The notes beneath the pieces are model-generated. The model saw nothing but the letters and a program-made list of their open reading frames with translations. It had not been told where the DNA came from and searched no databases. From positions 45,508,001 to 45,572,000 of the forward strand of contig NC_043012.1 in NCBI RefSeq assembly GCF_006345805.1: a stretch of 64,000 bases of DNA, read 5' to 3'. The translations under genes and the position numbers were made by a program. Shown in pieces: positions 38,855-52,795 of the stretch. Each line of letters begins with the position of its first letter. The first letter of the stretch is position 1. The stretch is from Octopus sinensis (taxonomy: Eukaryota).

Positions 38855-39806
38855 TATATAAACGGCAGTTTGTCTGTCTGTGTGTCTGTGTGTCTGTCAG
38901 GTTGTACCCTCACCTTGGCCACGGCTTTCAACCGATTCTGATGAAACTTGACACACACATAGCCCAATGTCATACTTCAAAACTAACGCAGCGACGATTT
39001 TGAAAAGTTCCCCCTGTTCTGAAAAAAATCGATAAATTCGACATGGGGTCGAGAATCAGAAACACAAACCACAGACTGTCTAGGGGACGCAACTCGACCT
39101 TTTTAACTCTCAACTCCATTAATATCCAGCTACTTGAAGCTATTCCTGGTGATGTCCACGTCTACAAATCTATTGATAGGACAGCAGACCCAGCCGAGCT
39201 TGCCGATTATCCTGTTGAATTCCTGAATTCACTTGAACCGCCAGGCCTGCCGCCACACATCCTGAAGTTAAAAGTCGGTGCGCCCATTATGCTCATCAGG
39301 AATTTGGTTCCACCTAAACAGTGCAACGGCACACGTCTGGTTGTGAAACATTTGCCACCACATTTAATGACGGCCACAATACTTACCCGTTGTGGGAAGG
39401 GAGAGGACGTCTTCATTCCACGCATGCACCTTCAACCGTCAGGCGCTGACCTGCCAATCAACTTCAGGCGTTCTCAGTTTCCAGTTAAACTCTGCTTCGC
39501 AATGTCCATCAATAAATCCCAAGGCCAAACGCTACAAGTCGCTGAGTTACAGTTGGGCGAACAGTGCTTCGCCCACGGTCAACTCTACGTAGGCTGTTCA
39601 CACGTTGGGAGGCGCAATGATGTTTTCATGTTTTCGCCCAAAAGGACAGCTAGGAACATCGTATACACAGAAGTATTCGAGTGAAGAGAAGACATTGGAA
39701 GCTACACATGGGCATTCGTTCCCTAGAGGGAAAGGACTAGATTGGGATTAGTCGTTGCCTACTAGGGGCTCTTACATACCCGGGCAATGCTGGGTTATGC
39801 TGCTAG
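38855..39806 (+). mobile_element. Non-autonomous Helitron carrying the 3' end of the RepHel helicase gene
   Basis: The 5' part follows (TA)n and contains gtctgtctgt repeats and ccgattctgatgaaacttg. A PIF1 helicase fragment lies inside. The 3' end is the imperfect hairpin acccgggcaatgctgggt, then CTAG (39803-39806) and T. Confidence 0.85.
39043..39684 (+). CDS. Helitron PIF1-family helicase C-terminal fragment (213-aa open frame, probably not a functional gene)
   Basis: FLNSLEPPGLPPHILKLKVGAPIMLIRNL...CNGTRL...FPVKLCFAMSINKSQGQTL...FAHGQLYVGCSHV...RNIVYTEVF covers helicase motifs V/VI of Helitron RepHel proteins. The N-terminal helicase motifs and the Rep domain are absent. Confidence 0.85.
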   Translation: MGSRIRNTNHRLSRGRNSTFLTLNSINIQLLEAIPGDVHVYKSIDRTADPAELADYPVEFLNSLEPPGLPPHILKLKVGAPIMLIRNLVPPKQCNGTRLVVKHLPPHLMTATILTRCGKGEDVFIPRMHLQPSGADLPINFRRSQFPVKLCFAMSINKSQGQTLQVAELQLGEQCFAHGQLYVGCSHVGRRNDVFMFSPKRTARNIVYTEVFE

Positions 39807-39842
<36 letters not shown>

Positions 39843-39993
39843 ATATAATAAGCAACAAGGATATCTAGAGGTAATGCATTACCTTTGGATATCTTTGTTA
39901 CTTATTTTGATTTTAATCAGCTTAATTTGAAATTGTATGAATAATACCATACTAAATTTTGGTGCTTCAACTTAACTACCATATTCCTCTGAA

Positions 39994-40046
<53 letters not shown>

Positions 40047-40324
40047 GTCTATACGTCTATGTTTTGCAGGATCAAGCTTCTTGATGTGAAATCATGTGTT
40101 GAAACCGAACGTTGCTGTACATGAGGGTGGCCATAATATATACACGCATTATATACTTCAGCTATATTTTTATTAATGTTAATAAAGCGAAAGTGAAGAC
40201 TAAATATATAATGTGTGTGCCTAATTGCCAATATGACATATCCCCAAATATAAATACATAAATATATGTGTGTGTGCGCGCGTTGTGTTATGTGGGTATG
40301 TGTGTGTAAGTATGTATCCATCTA

Positions 40325-40585
40325 TCTAAATCTGAAAGCTCTGCTAGAATGTCACAATACTCATAATTCTCTTCATTTACATTTTGAGGTTTTCCTAGAA
40401 GTACCTGTTAGTACATATCATACAATGAATTCATCAAAAAGGATGAAATACAACCATAAATAATTTAAGAATATAAAATATCTAAGCATACAAAAATCTT
40501 TTATAATAATATTGCGAGATTCAATAGTTCAACAAAGAATTACCAAAGTCGAGAGATTTTACAAATCCTTCTACTCAATGAACTT
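40325..40585 (+). repeat. 261-bp direct repeat, copy 2
   Basis: Matches 37941-38201 and is bordered by TCTA/TGTC microsatellite sequence. Confidence 0.9.
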
Positions 40586-40636
40586 CTTCCTGCCTGCCTG
40601 TCTGTCTGTCTGCCTGTCTATCTATCCATCTATCTA

Positions 40637-40726
<90 letters not shown>

Positions 40727-41439
40727 CTACACACACACATGCACATGCAAATATACATAAATATACACATACATACACACATATGTACATATATTTATAT
40801 TTAAGTTCCAAAATGAAAACAGAATCACAACAAAGGATCAAACGGAAAATTCACACACAAGAAGGGACCTTGCTCCTTCCTCGTCAGTTACAGCCCAAAA
40901 TATCCTTACAATTTCATTTTCACACTTTTAGCGACAATATTGTCCACTTTTGGTGGCCTTAGCATATGGTTGTATGCAGGGCAATTTTCACTTTTCACCT
41001 TTAATCTCGGGCTATAAAGAAATGCAAAATGAAGAGCAGAGTATACAAGTTTAGTTCTGCCTGCATGTAGTTCTTCCAGAAAAAAATAAATCTACTTAGT
41101 ATCATCCCATTATGACGCACAGTAACCGGATCCTGCGGTCTCAAGCTTAATCTTCAGGGACACGATATGATAGTCTGCACCCATAATCGTTATATCGATT
41201 ATATCGATAGTATGCAATAACACATTATTGTTCCTCAGTACCATATTCTTACTGTGGCATATGTGCAGAAGCCAGATTGGGTAGCCTTAGTTTCCCTGTA
41301 TACACTTTTACAGCAACAGTATTTTGGATGAGAAGAAAGAGAGATGAGAGAGATGAAGGTTAATCTGCTGGTAATAGAATACGTCAGAATAAGCAAACTA
41401 GAACATCCCTTTAAACATAAGAAATGCACAAGATCAACA

Positions 41440-41600
41440 TATAATTATTGGGGAGATTTGGGTATAATTACTAGTGCAGAGCTAGAAAAAGCGCCAAAGA
41501 CTAGTCGATATTGATTATGTGTGCTAAACAAGTCTTTCCTACGAATAGTATTCAAGCCTTGTACAAAAGCATGGTACGGTCTATCCCATTGTTTGACATT
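41440..41600 (+). mobile_element. Highly degenerate CR1/L2-like LINE remnant
   Basis: Plus-strand translations DLGIITSAEL and IQALYKSMVRS occur in the order expected downstream of the RT core. Confidence 0.4.
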
Positions 41601-42481
41601 TCTCTGAACTTTGTCACTTTCAGATTTTCTCAACATTTTTTAAATATCCACCTGATTATATATACTGTGCAATTAATCAGCCTGTTTCTAACCTACATTT
41701 TTCCTGCCCTACTGAAATTTCATGGTCCGATTGCTATCGCATTCGTAAAGAAAATAAGTATAAAAGTTAAAAAGAAGCATAACTAGCTTTTATGTCTACG
41801 AATGACTCGTAATTATCACAACAAAGTATATTCTCTTGCAATAAATTGTATACACGAAGCGCAAATGCTTAAAACATGTCCATACTCAATTAGAACATGC
41901 ATAGTGAATTACGTCGAATACTATAGTAATGGAGCTGCTTTTACGCTAACACGAATGTGAAACGAAGGCCGTTTAACCAAATAGTATTAACTCTTCCTCA
42001 AATCTCAACCTTTATGTAATAATATAAACTTAGTTATAGTATATTAATATTGACACAACCAAAAATATTTCAATTGCTGGAATGCAAATGATCATTTCTT
42101 AACTGTATCAGAGCAGTAACAGTGCGTGTTAAACAACGACTAAAAGAGTGGAATTTGAATTCATACCAAGACATTATATACGCAACGATCAGCTCATTCA
42201 TGTCTAATTATATGTTACTGATTTGTAACATGAACACACGCATACACGCAGGCACAGATATACAAAGACATACACACAGACACCCAAACTCGCACATAGG
42301 TATATTTTATATTTTTAAGTCATTGAACTGCAGCTACGCTGGTGTAACGCCTTTCGACCCCAGTATGGTAGTTATTCTATCGGTAACTTTTATCCGAACC
42401 ACTAACTTATGGGTATATAAACAGACCAACGCCGGTTGCCAAGAGATGTCAGCGAAAACTTTGAAGACACATATCTATCTA

Positions 42482-42517
<36 letters not shown>

Positions 42518-42559
42518 TCTTTTTTCTTTTTCTTTTCTTTGTCTCTTTTCCTTTTTTTC

Positions 42560-42790
<231 letters not shown>

Positions 42791-42989
42791 AAAATTCTTC
42801 CAGTTTCCATTTACCAAATCCATCCACAATTGTTTAGTTAGTCTGGGACTATAGTAGAAGACACCTGCTTAAGGTACCAGGCAATGCCACATTGGATTCT
42901 CTTGTCGTGAACGACAAATGAGAGCTGCGTAAAATAAAGCATTGATAATGATCTATGAACGCGAACGTTTCTCTTGAGGCCGGCTGGTG

Positions 42990-43038
42990 CCTTGCAAACA
43001 TTTTGCTATATATTTGTATATATATATATAATATATAT

Positions 43039-43083
<45 letters not shown>

Positions 43084-43130
43084 ATATATGTGTGTACATG
43101 TATGTATATATATATGTATATGCTAACAGC

Positions 43131-43166
<36 letters not shown>

Positions 43167-43273
43167 CATGTACATACATATATATATACATATGTATATA
43201 TATATATAAATAAGGATAATATCAATATTTAAATTAATGATCTTATCAAGGGGCCAACATAAATATGTATGTT

Positions 43274-43328
<55 letters not shown>

Positions 43329-43493
43329 ATCTATATAAGTATAAACATATGTATGTACATTTACGTATATAATACATAAGTATATATATATGAACACAAT
43401 TATATTCATATTTATATATATTCACGTGAGTGCATAGCTAGATATATCATATATGCGTGTGTGATTTCCCGCATGCGTATATTTTATATATGC

Positions 43494-43589
<96 letters not shown>

Positions 43590-43590
43590 A
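42990..43590. repeat. (TA)n-rich compound microsatellite region
   Basis: Direct inspection. Confidence 0.9.
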
Positions 43591-44656
43591 CTACATGTAA
43601 ATTTATCATTTATCTACTTTATCTACATATCTGTATATCTGTGTACCTATATATGTACATAAATGTGTGTATATATATGTATCAATCACGTATTATATTT
43701 CGACAGTATCATTTAGATCTGCGTTTAAATTTGTTTAGATGCATGCATTTTTATTTAAGAAGAAACAAGCATCTCCGTAATACATAACGGAGCATATGTT
43801 TTTGTGATATTTCTGTTAGTTTTGTACTTCATCAAAGCGAAAGCGTTTTAGAAGAATGTGTTGAGTTTCTAACGTAGCATTATAAATATTGAATCTATAA
43901 TGTAATTTATAGATCGATTGTTTCTTGTTTATTGGTTAATTATATTTACTGCTTCCTCAAAAGGAATATATCAAAGCTTTCTTTGTTTTATGTGTACAAG
44001 ATTTAATTTAGAGTCCACTTAATATTACTCAGTCTGTTTTCTCCTGAAAATAATATAATGAAAATAAAGGAAATAATTCAGAGACAATGTATGACAAACA
44101 GACATGAACAAAAACAAAATAATAATAACAAAACCAATGTTAGTGAAAGTAGTTTATTGCTTCAGATTATTAGTAACTTATTAATGGACAATTGTACAAT
44201 TATGTGTTGAGAAGTATATGGAACTATTAGCACTTACTTCACTAATAGATTTGTGTTATGTTAGTTCGAGTTGTATTTTAAGTTTCTTATATTTACTTAG
44301 GCCTCATCTATTTTTGAGTTAAAGTAAGTTACCCATTCAGCTTCCTTGAATAGGATTCCATATTCAAGAGAGACCACTGCAACACAATTATGTAGATGTA
44401 GATAAAAAAATTTCATAAACACGCTGATTATATATTTTTGCCATACACACTTAAGATATCAAAATAAAGGAAATCCTGTGGTTAGAAAGCGGACATAACA
44501 TAATCTGTTTCTTTTTATACTGTTTTTGTTTAAATCAGCTGTATTAGAGAACAGAATTTATTTCGCTTCTATTTCATGAAAATACACTAAAATTTGGATG
44601 TCCGACTGCATGTGCAATCTGTTCAATCTCCTTTTATACACTTGTATAGTATTCAC

Positions 44657-44966
44657 CATTGAAGGTGCGTGGCGTAGTGGTTAGGGTATTTGGCTCATGA
44701 TCGTGAGGATTCCTGGCGACGCGTTGTCCTTGAGCAATCACTTTATTTTCAAGGTGCTCCATTTCACATAGCTCTCAGAAATGAGTAATACCTGTATTTT
44801 AAAGGTATTGTCACATACTGTGTCTTGCTGAATGTCCCTGAGAACTAAGTTAATGGTACACGTGTCTGTGGGCTACACAACCACATGCACGTTAATTTTT
44901 CGAGCACGCTGTTCTGTTGATCGGATCGACATGACTCCCCGTTGTCGTAACCGACGGAGTGCTAGT
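44657..44966 (+). mobile_element. tRNA-derived SINE (family C) with 10-bp TSD
   Basis: It has an A-box tggcgtagtgg and a central tgtccttgagcaatcactt motif. The flanking direct repeat tagtattcac lies at 44647-44656 and 44967-44976. Confidence 0.7.
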
Positions 44967-45599
44967 TAGTATTCACTGGCAAAGTTGAGAGAAACTTATG
45001 CTTTATATAAGCTTTATAAAATCTGCTTCGATTATACAATTGTAACCGATTAAATAAAACTGAAATATGCTACTCTGGAAAGTTCATTGGTGCCGAGAGA
45101 TATATTAACATGAATCTAGTGTTGACGCTAAAGTTCAAGGTTCACAAATTTTAGGAATTGTAGTGTTTTCCTTTAGTTACTACTAAACACCAGAAGATGG
45201 TATTGTGGTTAAAGCATACAAAACTCGGAGAAGGGCTGTTCACTAGATATCTGCTTTGCATATCCATCTATATACAAGGACATGCGCTGATATAATGCGA
45301 AACAGTATCTTTGTTTATAGGTTAAACAGGTCCGGAGTCTCAACGCTAAGCTTGGGGAAGCTAAGAAACAGACAAATTAAGCTATAAGTATACTAGTAGA
45401 AAGCAAAAGGAACACCTGCTGTATCTTTCCTTAGATGCAGCAGTAATTCTTCATGTATCTTCACGCTTTGGAGTGAGACCATGACCGCCCTCGCATGTAG
45501 GCATGTTACACGAAGAGAGACAGAGATAACTATACGATGTTACAAAATATGGATGATTATACAGTAGCTACATTTATGAATAATCTCAAATAATGAAGT

Positions 45600-45700
45600 G
45601 CGCGTCTAGCTTCACGATTATATTTTAAACTCACTTCCACCGAAGACGACTTTGCCTTTTATCTCGCGAGTAAACTTCTATAAAATAAGTACTAGTCGTT
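45600..45700 (+). mobile_element. Old degenerate copy of the family-A SINE core
   Basis: ttccaccgaagacgactttgccttttatc...aaaataagtacta resembles ttccgccgaggtcgactttgcctttcatc...taagtacca. Confidence 0.45.
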
Positions 45701-46679
45701 CGTTGTATTCGGCGAATGGACTATTAACTTTGCAATTAAGCCAGGTATTGCGTCTTTAAAGAAAGTCATCACAAAAGAAAGTTATCATTAGCAGTATAAT
45801 TTAAAATACGTAGCCTCATGCTTCACCGTAAGCTTTTCTTAAATAACAGTATTGGCATTTTGTGAACCATTTCACAATAAACAATGTATTACTTTAAAGA
45901 AAAATATGAAATCTCATCAACAAACGTTTTAGCATTAATCAGAATTGATTATAATCCAGTTTCATAAATCACCAGAGATTCAATTAAACGCATGTGATGA
46001 ACCTATTAGAATAACCTAAACAGTATGAGAAATTAACATATCTGAGATTTGAGCGTTGGAAACAAAATAACGGAAACCTAAATGTATCTACTCGATTTAA
46101 TGGAAAATATCTTTGTAGATCTATCGTATACGGAGCTAAAATAATTTGTGAATGTTAAAAATCGATGTATATAACAAACAAAAACAGTTTCACAGATGAA
46201 AGAGGAATAATGTTAAATATTTATCCAAGTAAATCAGGACATTAAACGAGAACGGCATGCAAAACAACCATAATGTTCAGTCGTTGAGAGCTTCAATATT
46301 TATATAAAAACTTCATTATTATGTTCACTCTGGCTAGCAGAATAATATAATATCCTTTCCAATTAATAAACAAAAACACATTATTTTCAAATGTCAGCAT
46401 CAAACTAGATATTTATAAACTACAACCTGAAGATACATCCCAGTAATTTCTGTATTTTACTGACCCTCGACCTGAAGAGGGCGACACCAAAGCATGACTG
46501 GTCATTCGCAAACGCTACGAGTATCAACCATTAAATCCGTGATCTATTGAACCATTCTTTGAATGCACGTGCAGTTTTCTTTATGATCACTTCAGCGAAA
46601 ATGAGTAAATAATGATTGGAATATAAAAGAAAAAATGTATGACTACATATACATACACAATTAATAAATACATACACAC

Positions 46680-46771
46680 ACATGCATAGATTCATACATA
46701 CATACATACATACATATATATATATATATACATACACACACACATATATATATATATACATACATACATAC

Positions 46772-46857
<86 letters not shown>

Positions 46858-46885
46858 TATATATATAATATATATATATATATAA
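46680..46885. repeat. (TACA)n/(TA)n microsatellite
   Basis: Direct inspection. Confidence 0.95.
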
Positions 46886-49495
46886 GGATAAAAGGTACAT
46901 ATGTATGCGTATGTCTATAATTTTCATGACTAATATAGGGTGTACAATATAGATTTAAGTACATACATTTCTATACTTTCCTACAGCTTCATTCCTGATT
47001 CATATCTTTGTAGAAAATCAGTGGAATGCTTCATAAGAACTATTTAATGCTAAGAGGATGGCAAGAATAAACAATTCCAGTTTATCATAGTTAGTACGAA
47101 GATCACTACTCTCTGAAAACACATTTACGAATAATGTAAGCGAAACAATGAAACAAAATAGATGATAGAACTAGTTGTATGTGTAAGAGGTTTTACGTAT
47201 TTCCAATGTCTAACACACGCAGATAAACAGACAGACAGACAGACACACACACAGACACACACAGCCATATGTGTATGTACGTATGTATGTATTTTTGAAT
47301 GTGTGGGCATGCCCGATACTTAGTAAGTTATTGTTGAACAAGCGCCGAATTTCTTCCCTGCAGCTGCACTGACATGTTACTGTTACTATTAAATTCACCG
47401 ATGTGCTGGATATATTATATCTGAGTCTCTCTCCACAGTCCCTCTTTTGAAGAAGTTCTTCATGTACACAAGCACACGAATCCTCTCAATTTTTGTGTTG
47501 CCTAGTTTCATTTATTATTTTCCAAAGTTCAACATACCAACAATGCAGTCACTGGTAACAAACTTCCTATGGTGTAACTGTACAAATAACATTTTGAGGA
47601 AAGTTCCCACCAAAGGGGACAGTGAAATCTTTAAGACAGGCTTTTGGCCTGAGAATCGGATGATAGTAGCTCAAGATTGCGAATGCAGCTGATTGCCTAG
47701 AGTTTCGAGACATAAACTTCACCAAACTCACTTGTGAATTTTACGGAAGACGATGGAACCTGCTACGCTGAAGAACAGGTCGTGGATACCCTAGATTGGG
47801 TTTTCGAATAATGGGAACGAGGACAAAACTATTACTATATGATCCATAGGGAAGTAACCAGGATATGTAAAGTTCCAATCTACATGACATTCGTCGTCAA
47901 GTCAAATGAATCGGTCTAAAATAAATACCATGCCCTGTACTTTTTTAATTATCAAGCAGTTTTAGATGCGACGTATGGCAAACGTTCAGCAAGTTTTACT
48001 TTTTCTGGAAAATTATTTCCGTATAAATGCATCAAATTTAGAATGATGCGCTCATATTTGCTACTTGACCTGCAAGTCATTCATTCAAACCATTGACACT
48101 TTCTTTAGTCAGTGCACAGGCTTTTGTTCAGTGAGGATCCATTCAAGGTATATTGTTGTTGGGTTGTTTCAGAACGCAATAGGCAGCATATAATACTAGG
48201 AGTACTGATATTATTAATAAAATATTAAGCATATTTTTAAAAGGCAAGATGATAAACGTTCAAGGAGACCAATGATTAGCAGACGCAATAAGTTTTGGAG
48301 TTGATTCTTGCAAATGCTTGGAATTCGTTAGAGATTTTGTTTGAAGTTTCTAAGGGAAATTTGCAAAATCGCTGCTATTGTTCAAAATTTGTTCCCCATC
48401 TCCTTACCACACAATGTATCGCCGTTGCATACTGATAGCAATAATTAGTTAGAGAATTTTGAGTGATAGCAATGAAATGGGGCTTAAAATTACATTGGAA
48501 CTCTCGATTGGCGATCGTACAGAACCATTAAAACTGAGACTTTGTACCTTCACTCACCAAGACAATAAAGCGGACCTTTCCTGTAATCCATTAATAGCTG
48601 CATATATTGGAAGGATTAGTACAAGTATTCCGGATAGGATTATAGAGTCGATCATAATATACCTTCCTTTTCCTTTTCAAAACATTCTGCGTGTATTATC
48701 ATCTGGATTAAGCATTATAACTAATTATTACAATATGTTATGAATAACTATTATACTCCATCGATATTTTTCAGCTAATACAAATAATTTCACTAAACTT
48801 CTGACAGATATGGAAGACAATAAGGCTGAAATAATGTTAGAAGCAAGAAATATTGTTGTCTATGGAAATCACGCATAAATTGTATAGGAATCCAAGTGAC
48901 GTTAGTGTAGGTGAGCCGACACTCCTCGGTTTAAGGAAGTTATTCGCTTGTAATTACTTCATGATGTCAATACTGTTTCTAAATTCAATTTATAATCCTA
49001 AGACTACTGAGAACATCAGAAAAGATTTTATTTTTAAAACGTATGATCATATTTTGACAATAAACTGAATTCTGTGGCTTCCTCAAATTACCTTTAATCC
49101 ATCTTATCCAATTTTTATACTTTCAATTAAGCAAATAACATACGAAACCATATTTGCAGAGTTTCTAGTTATAACTGGAATATGATAATGTATGGCGCTT
49201 TGTGACATTTCTGCTAATATTGAAATATGTTTTAGAAAGGACGTACTGTCCAGAAGTCGTTTCAATATTACGGTATATGTTAATAAATATGCTCTGATTG
49301 GGTACAAATAAAGAGGCTTAAAGGTATGATACAAGCAATTCTATCTTTTAAAGAAAGAATTGTATGCATCTTTAGCTAAGATTGCTCTCACTGACATATT
49401 CGTCCCATTTACAGATGCCATACAATTATAGATACCAATACAGAAACGCAAAATATTATTGACAAAAAATTTTATGCGTTTATAAGCAGAGAAGG

Positions 49496-49590
<95 letters not shown>

Positions 49591-49733
49591 GGCATTCACT
49601 AGTACAACACTAGGTACAAAACCAAATATATGGCACCCTGGGCATAACACCAACATGAACTTCCAACTTGTCTCTTGAGGTCTCTGGGTGAGACTTGGAG
49701 CCAGCTTGTGCAAATGTAAAGCAAAAGGCAAAC

Positions 49734-49735
<2 letters not shown>
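49591..49735 (+). mobile_element. Solo 3' UTR fragment of R4/Dong element (lineage A) within (TAA)n
   Basis: It matches 54736-54885 (ggcattcactagtacaacact...gaggtctctgggtgagacttggagcc...gcaaaag.caaacata) and is flanked on both sides by (TAA)n. Confidence 0.9.
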
Positions 49736-49780
<45 letters not shown>

Positions 49781-49794
49781 TAATAATAATAATT

Positions 49795-52761
49795 TCATTT
49801 ATTAGCTACTAGGGCCGGCATATAGAAGACGATACAGTAGATAGGACAGTGGGGATTTTTACACAGAAACGAGTATACAATTAAAACAATAACAATAATA
49901 TCCAACAAAAGAATATAATGAAAATTCCCCAAAAGGGGAGGGGTAAGCACCTGGATTTAGCTCAGCTACCTCATCAATACTGAACTCCTCGACACTTCGA
50001 GGGCATCTGGTAAGAGCACCCTTCTCCCTCTCAAATTCACTAGTCTACTAGGTCATTATTAGAGTAGGTCTACTAACACGGGCCATTTTCGTTACATTCA
50101 CCCACCTTTTAGCAAATGTACAGGGAGGAAGCACTTCTCTCTCCACCCTCATCTTTCTTTTCAAGTAAAATTTGAAAAAGTTGATGAGAGATTGGTCGAA
50201 GAGTAACATGTCTGTCTTCAGTCCTTTCAACCTGGTCCACCATAGAACCTCTTTCGCTATTGCTACCAAATGAAAATTGTCTGCCCTTCCAGACCGATGG
50301 AAGGCAGCAGATCGATTTTCATTATGGACTATTTTTAACGCTATTTCTTTCCTAAACTCTATAGACATTACTCCATTCTCTCTCTTGAGAGCCGCCCGCC
50401 AAACTGTTGTTGACGAACCTCCTGTCAAATTCTTCTTAACTAAATTTCCAGTCCCCTGGAAACGACATTTTCAGCTTTCAGTACCCGTGTCCTAACCTGC
50501 GCGTCTTATCTAAGTCGACCGCACAGATTACCAACTTATGGTCTGACTAGGCGATCGTTTTTAAAAAGTGAACATCCTGCACTATTACTGTCTATATTCC
50601 TAATGAAAATCGGATCTATATACAATCGTAAGGTCCTCACTGGCGTATTAGGGAAATTTCATTGGTACCTGTCTGACAGATGGAACTGTCCTCAACTAAC
50701 AGTAAAGGGCGAGAGGTGCCAAGAAATGCTTTCAGACGCCTAAAAAAACTGGCCGTTTGGCTCCGCTAGGAGCGTAGGCTGCCACCAGTTTAAAGACACT
50801 ATCTTCACTATTGCTCACGTCCAGTACCTCCAACTTCCCGTCCGGGTCCCGGAAGATCGACTTTACCCTGAGATCGAGTTCTTTCCTAAACACCACTTCC
50901 ACTCCACCTCCCATTCACGGCCAACTAACAGATGCAAAGATCTGATAGTCGTCGAACATGGGGGCCTGTGCATATGTATTGGAAATCCTGGTCTCACTGA
51001 CTGGAATTATATCCAATTCTAGAGATCTGAGGGCGTTTAGCAGGCGCGCCAGCTTCCAGTATGATACTAGGCCTCACAATTTAAAAATCCTACTTTTAGT
51101 ATGGCTATATTGGCAAGTTAAAGAGAGAGCGAAAATGTTTACCTATATCCCGGTGTCTTGTGAAGGTCGAATGGTTCGACTTTCATAATTGGTGAGGTCT
51201 TTTTGGGAACCCCTTTAAGAGCCGCGATGTGGATCACACGCTCGGGTTTCCCACGTCTTCCAGAAATCTCTCTCGAATGTTTGTGTACGAATCGAGCGCC
51301 ATTCGCACCAGAAGTAAATCTTCTGGTACGGAAAATGTGTTCGATTCGGAAATCACCACCCACTGCTGTTTCATGTTCCGTGTTTTGTGTTACGAGTGCC
51401 ATCACTTATTGTTCCTTCTGATGAGTAGGACGTTGGGTGTTTTGTGTTGGTGATGTTTAAGTTTCTTGTTACTAGTGGTGATGGTCTTGTTTCTGTTTCT
51501 GTGTTTGCTGTGTATGTGGTGTCTGCAGATTTAGATGTTTGTGTGTGTATCTGTTCTTGTTTAGGCTGTTTGCGTTTGGGAATTTTGGCGATAGTGATGG
51601 TATTGGGCTTTTTGGCGAGGAGATGATTGCGTGGGTGGTGTCAGTATTTTTTTATGTGGGGTGTTATGCTTTGTGAAGTTTTTCTTTTGTGCCTTTTTTT
51701 CTTTTTGGCTATTTTTTACCTTTTGGTTTTCCTTCATCTTCCAGCAGTGAACATGAAGGAAAACCAAAGGGCATGTTGCTGTGTGTCTGCGTCTGTGTGA
51801 ATGTTTATAATCTTTTTATGTGTGTATTTTTGTTTGGTGTCAGCGGGTGGGAGAGCTTCACTTGTTCCCCCTCCAAGGGTAGTTATTGTCTTTGATGTTA
51901 CTGCTGGTGATGTTTGTGTTTCTTGTCCCGGCGTAGGTAGCAGTGGAGGCTGTTGGGTGCAGCGACGTCGCAATGAGTCGTTTCTCCACACGTGAAACAA
52001 TGAGGCCCTCAACCATGGTATGTATCACCGTCCCGTTCTGGAGACGGATGTGGTCTTGGATATTTTTAATGCTTTCGGGTCTGATCTGGAGAAGTCCCCT
52101 TTATCGGGTCAGCATCCGTCCCGTCCATGATTACGCATCCCAGTAGCCACCAAATATCTAGTCCTGGCGGGATTCTAGGAATGCGAACACATGCTGTACC
52201 TTTCTCCGTGTAGGAGGAGGTATATGCTGACTTTCCTGGTTTTGCAGGGGATCATTGAATGTTTAATAGCGAGGGCTTCTGACTTAAACAGCACTGAGAT
52301 GGTGCCGTATTGTTTGACCCTTGCTATGTATTCGATGTCTTTTCTGATGCACCTCAGCGCCGCCTCAATATCTACTTGGGCCTTCAAAACCGCTCTTTTC
52401 ATGACTACTGAGAAGCATCTAAAAGGGCTTCGTTCTTCCCTCCTCTGTTACAATTGCCTCTGATGGGACCGGCAAATTTGCCAAATTCTTCTCTTGATTT
52501 ATTAGTTCACATGTTTGTGGTAGCATCTGCTCCTTATTCGTGAAGTCTACGGTAAAGCGGTGTTTGGTCTTCGCTGCTACAGCTGCGAAGCTATTTTTGT
52601 TATTGTTATTGGTATTGTTCTGGTTGTTGTTTTTGTTGTTGTTACTGTTGCTGCGGTTACCGTTGTTGTTTTGTTGTTGCCGTGGTCACTTTTGAACGCG
52701 TTGTTGTTGTTGCTGCTATCGCAGATGTCACTGCCGTTACTGACTTTATCGTGGTTGTTGC

Positions 52762-52795
<34 letters not shown>

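Noticed and set aside
47400-47920. Moderately GC-rich stretch with short ORFs
   Set aside because: All frames I examined are interrupted by stops and I recognised no protein or TE motif.
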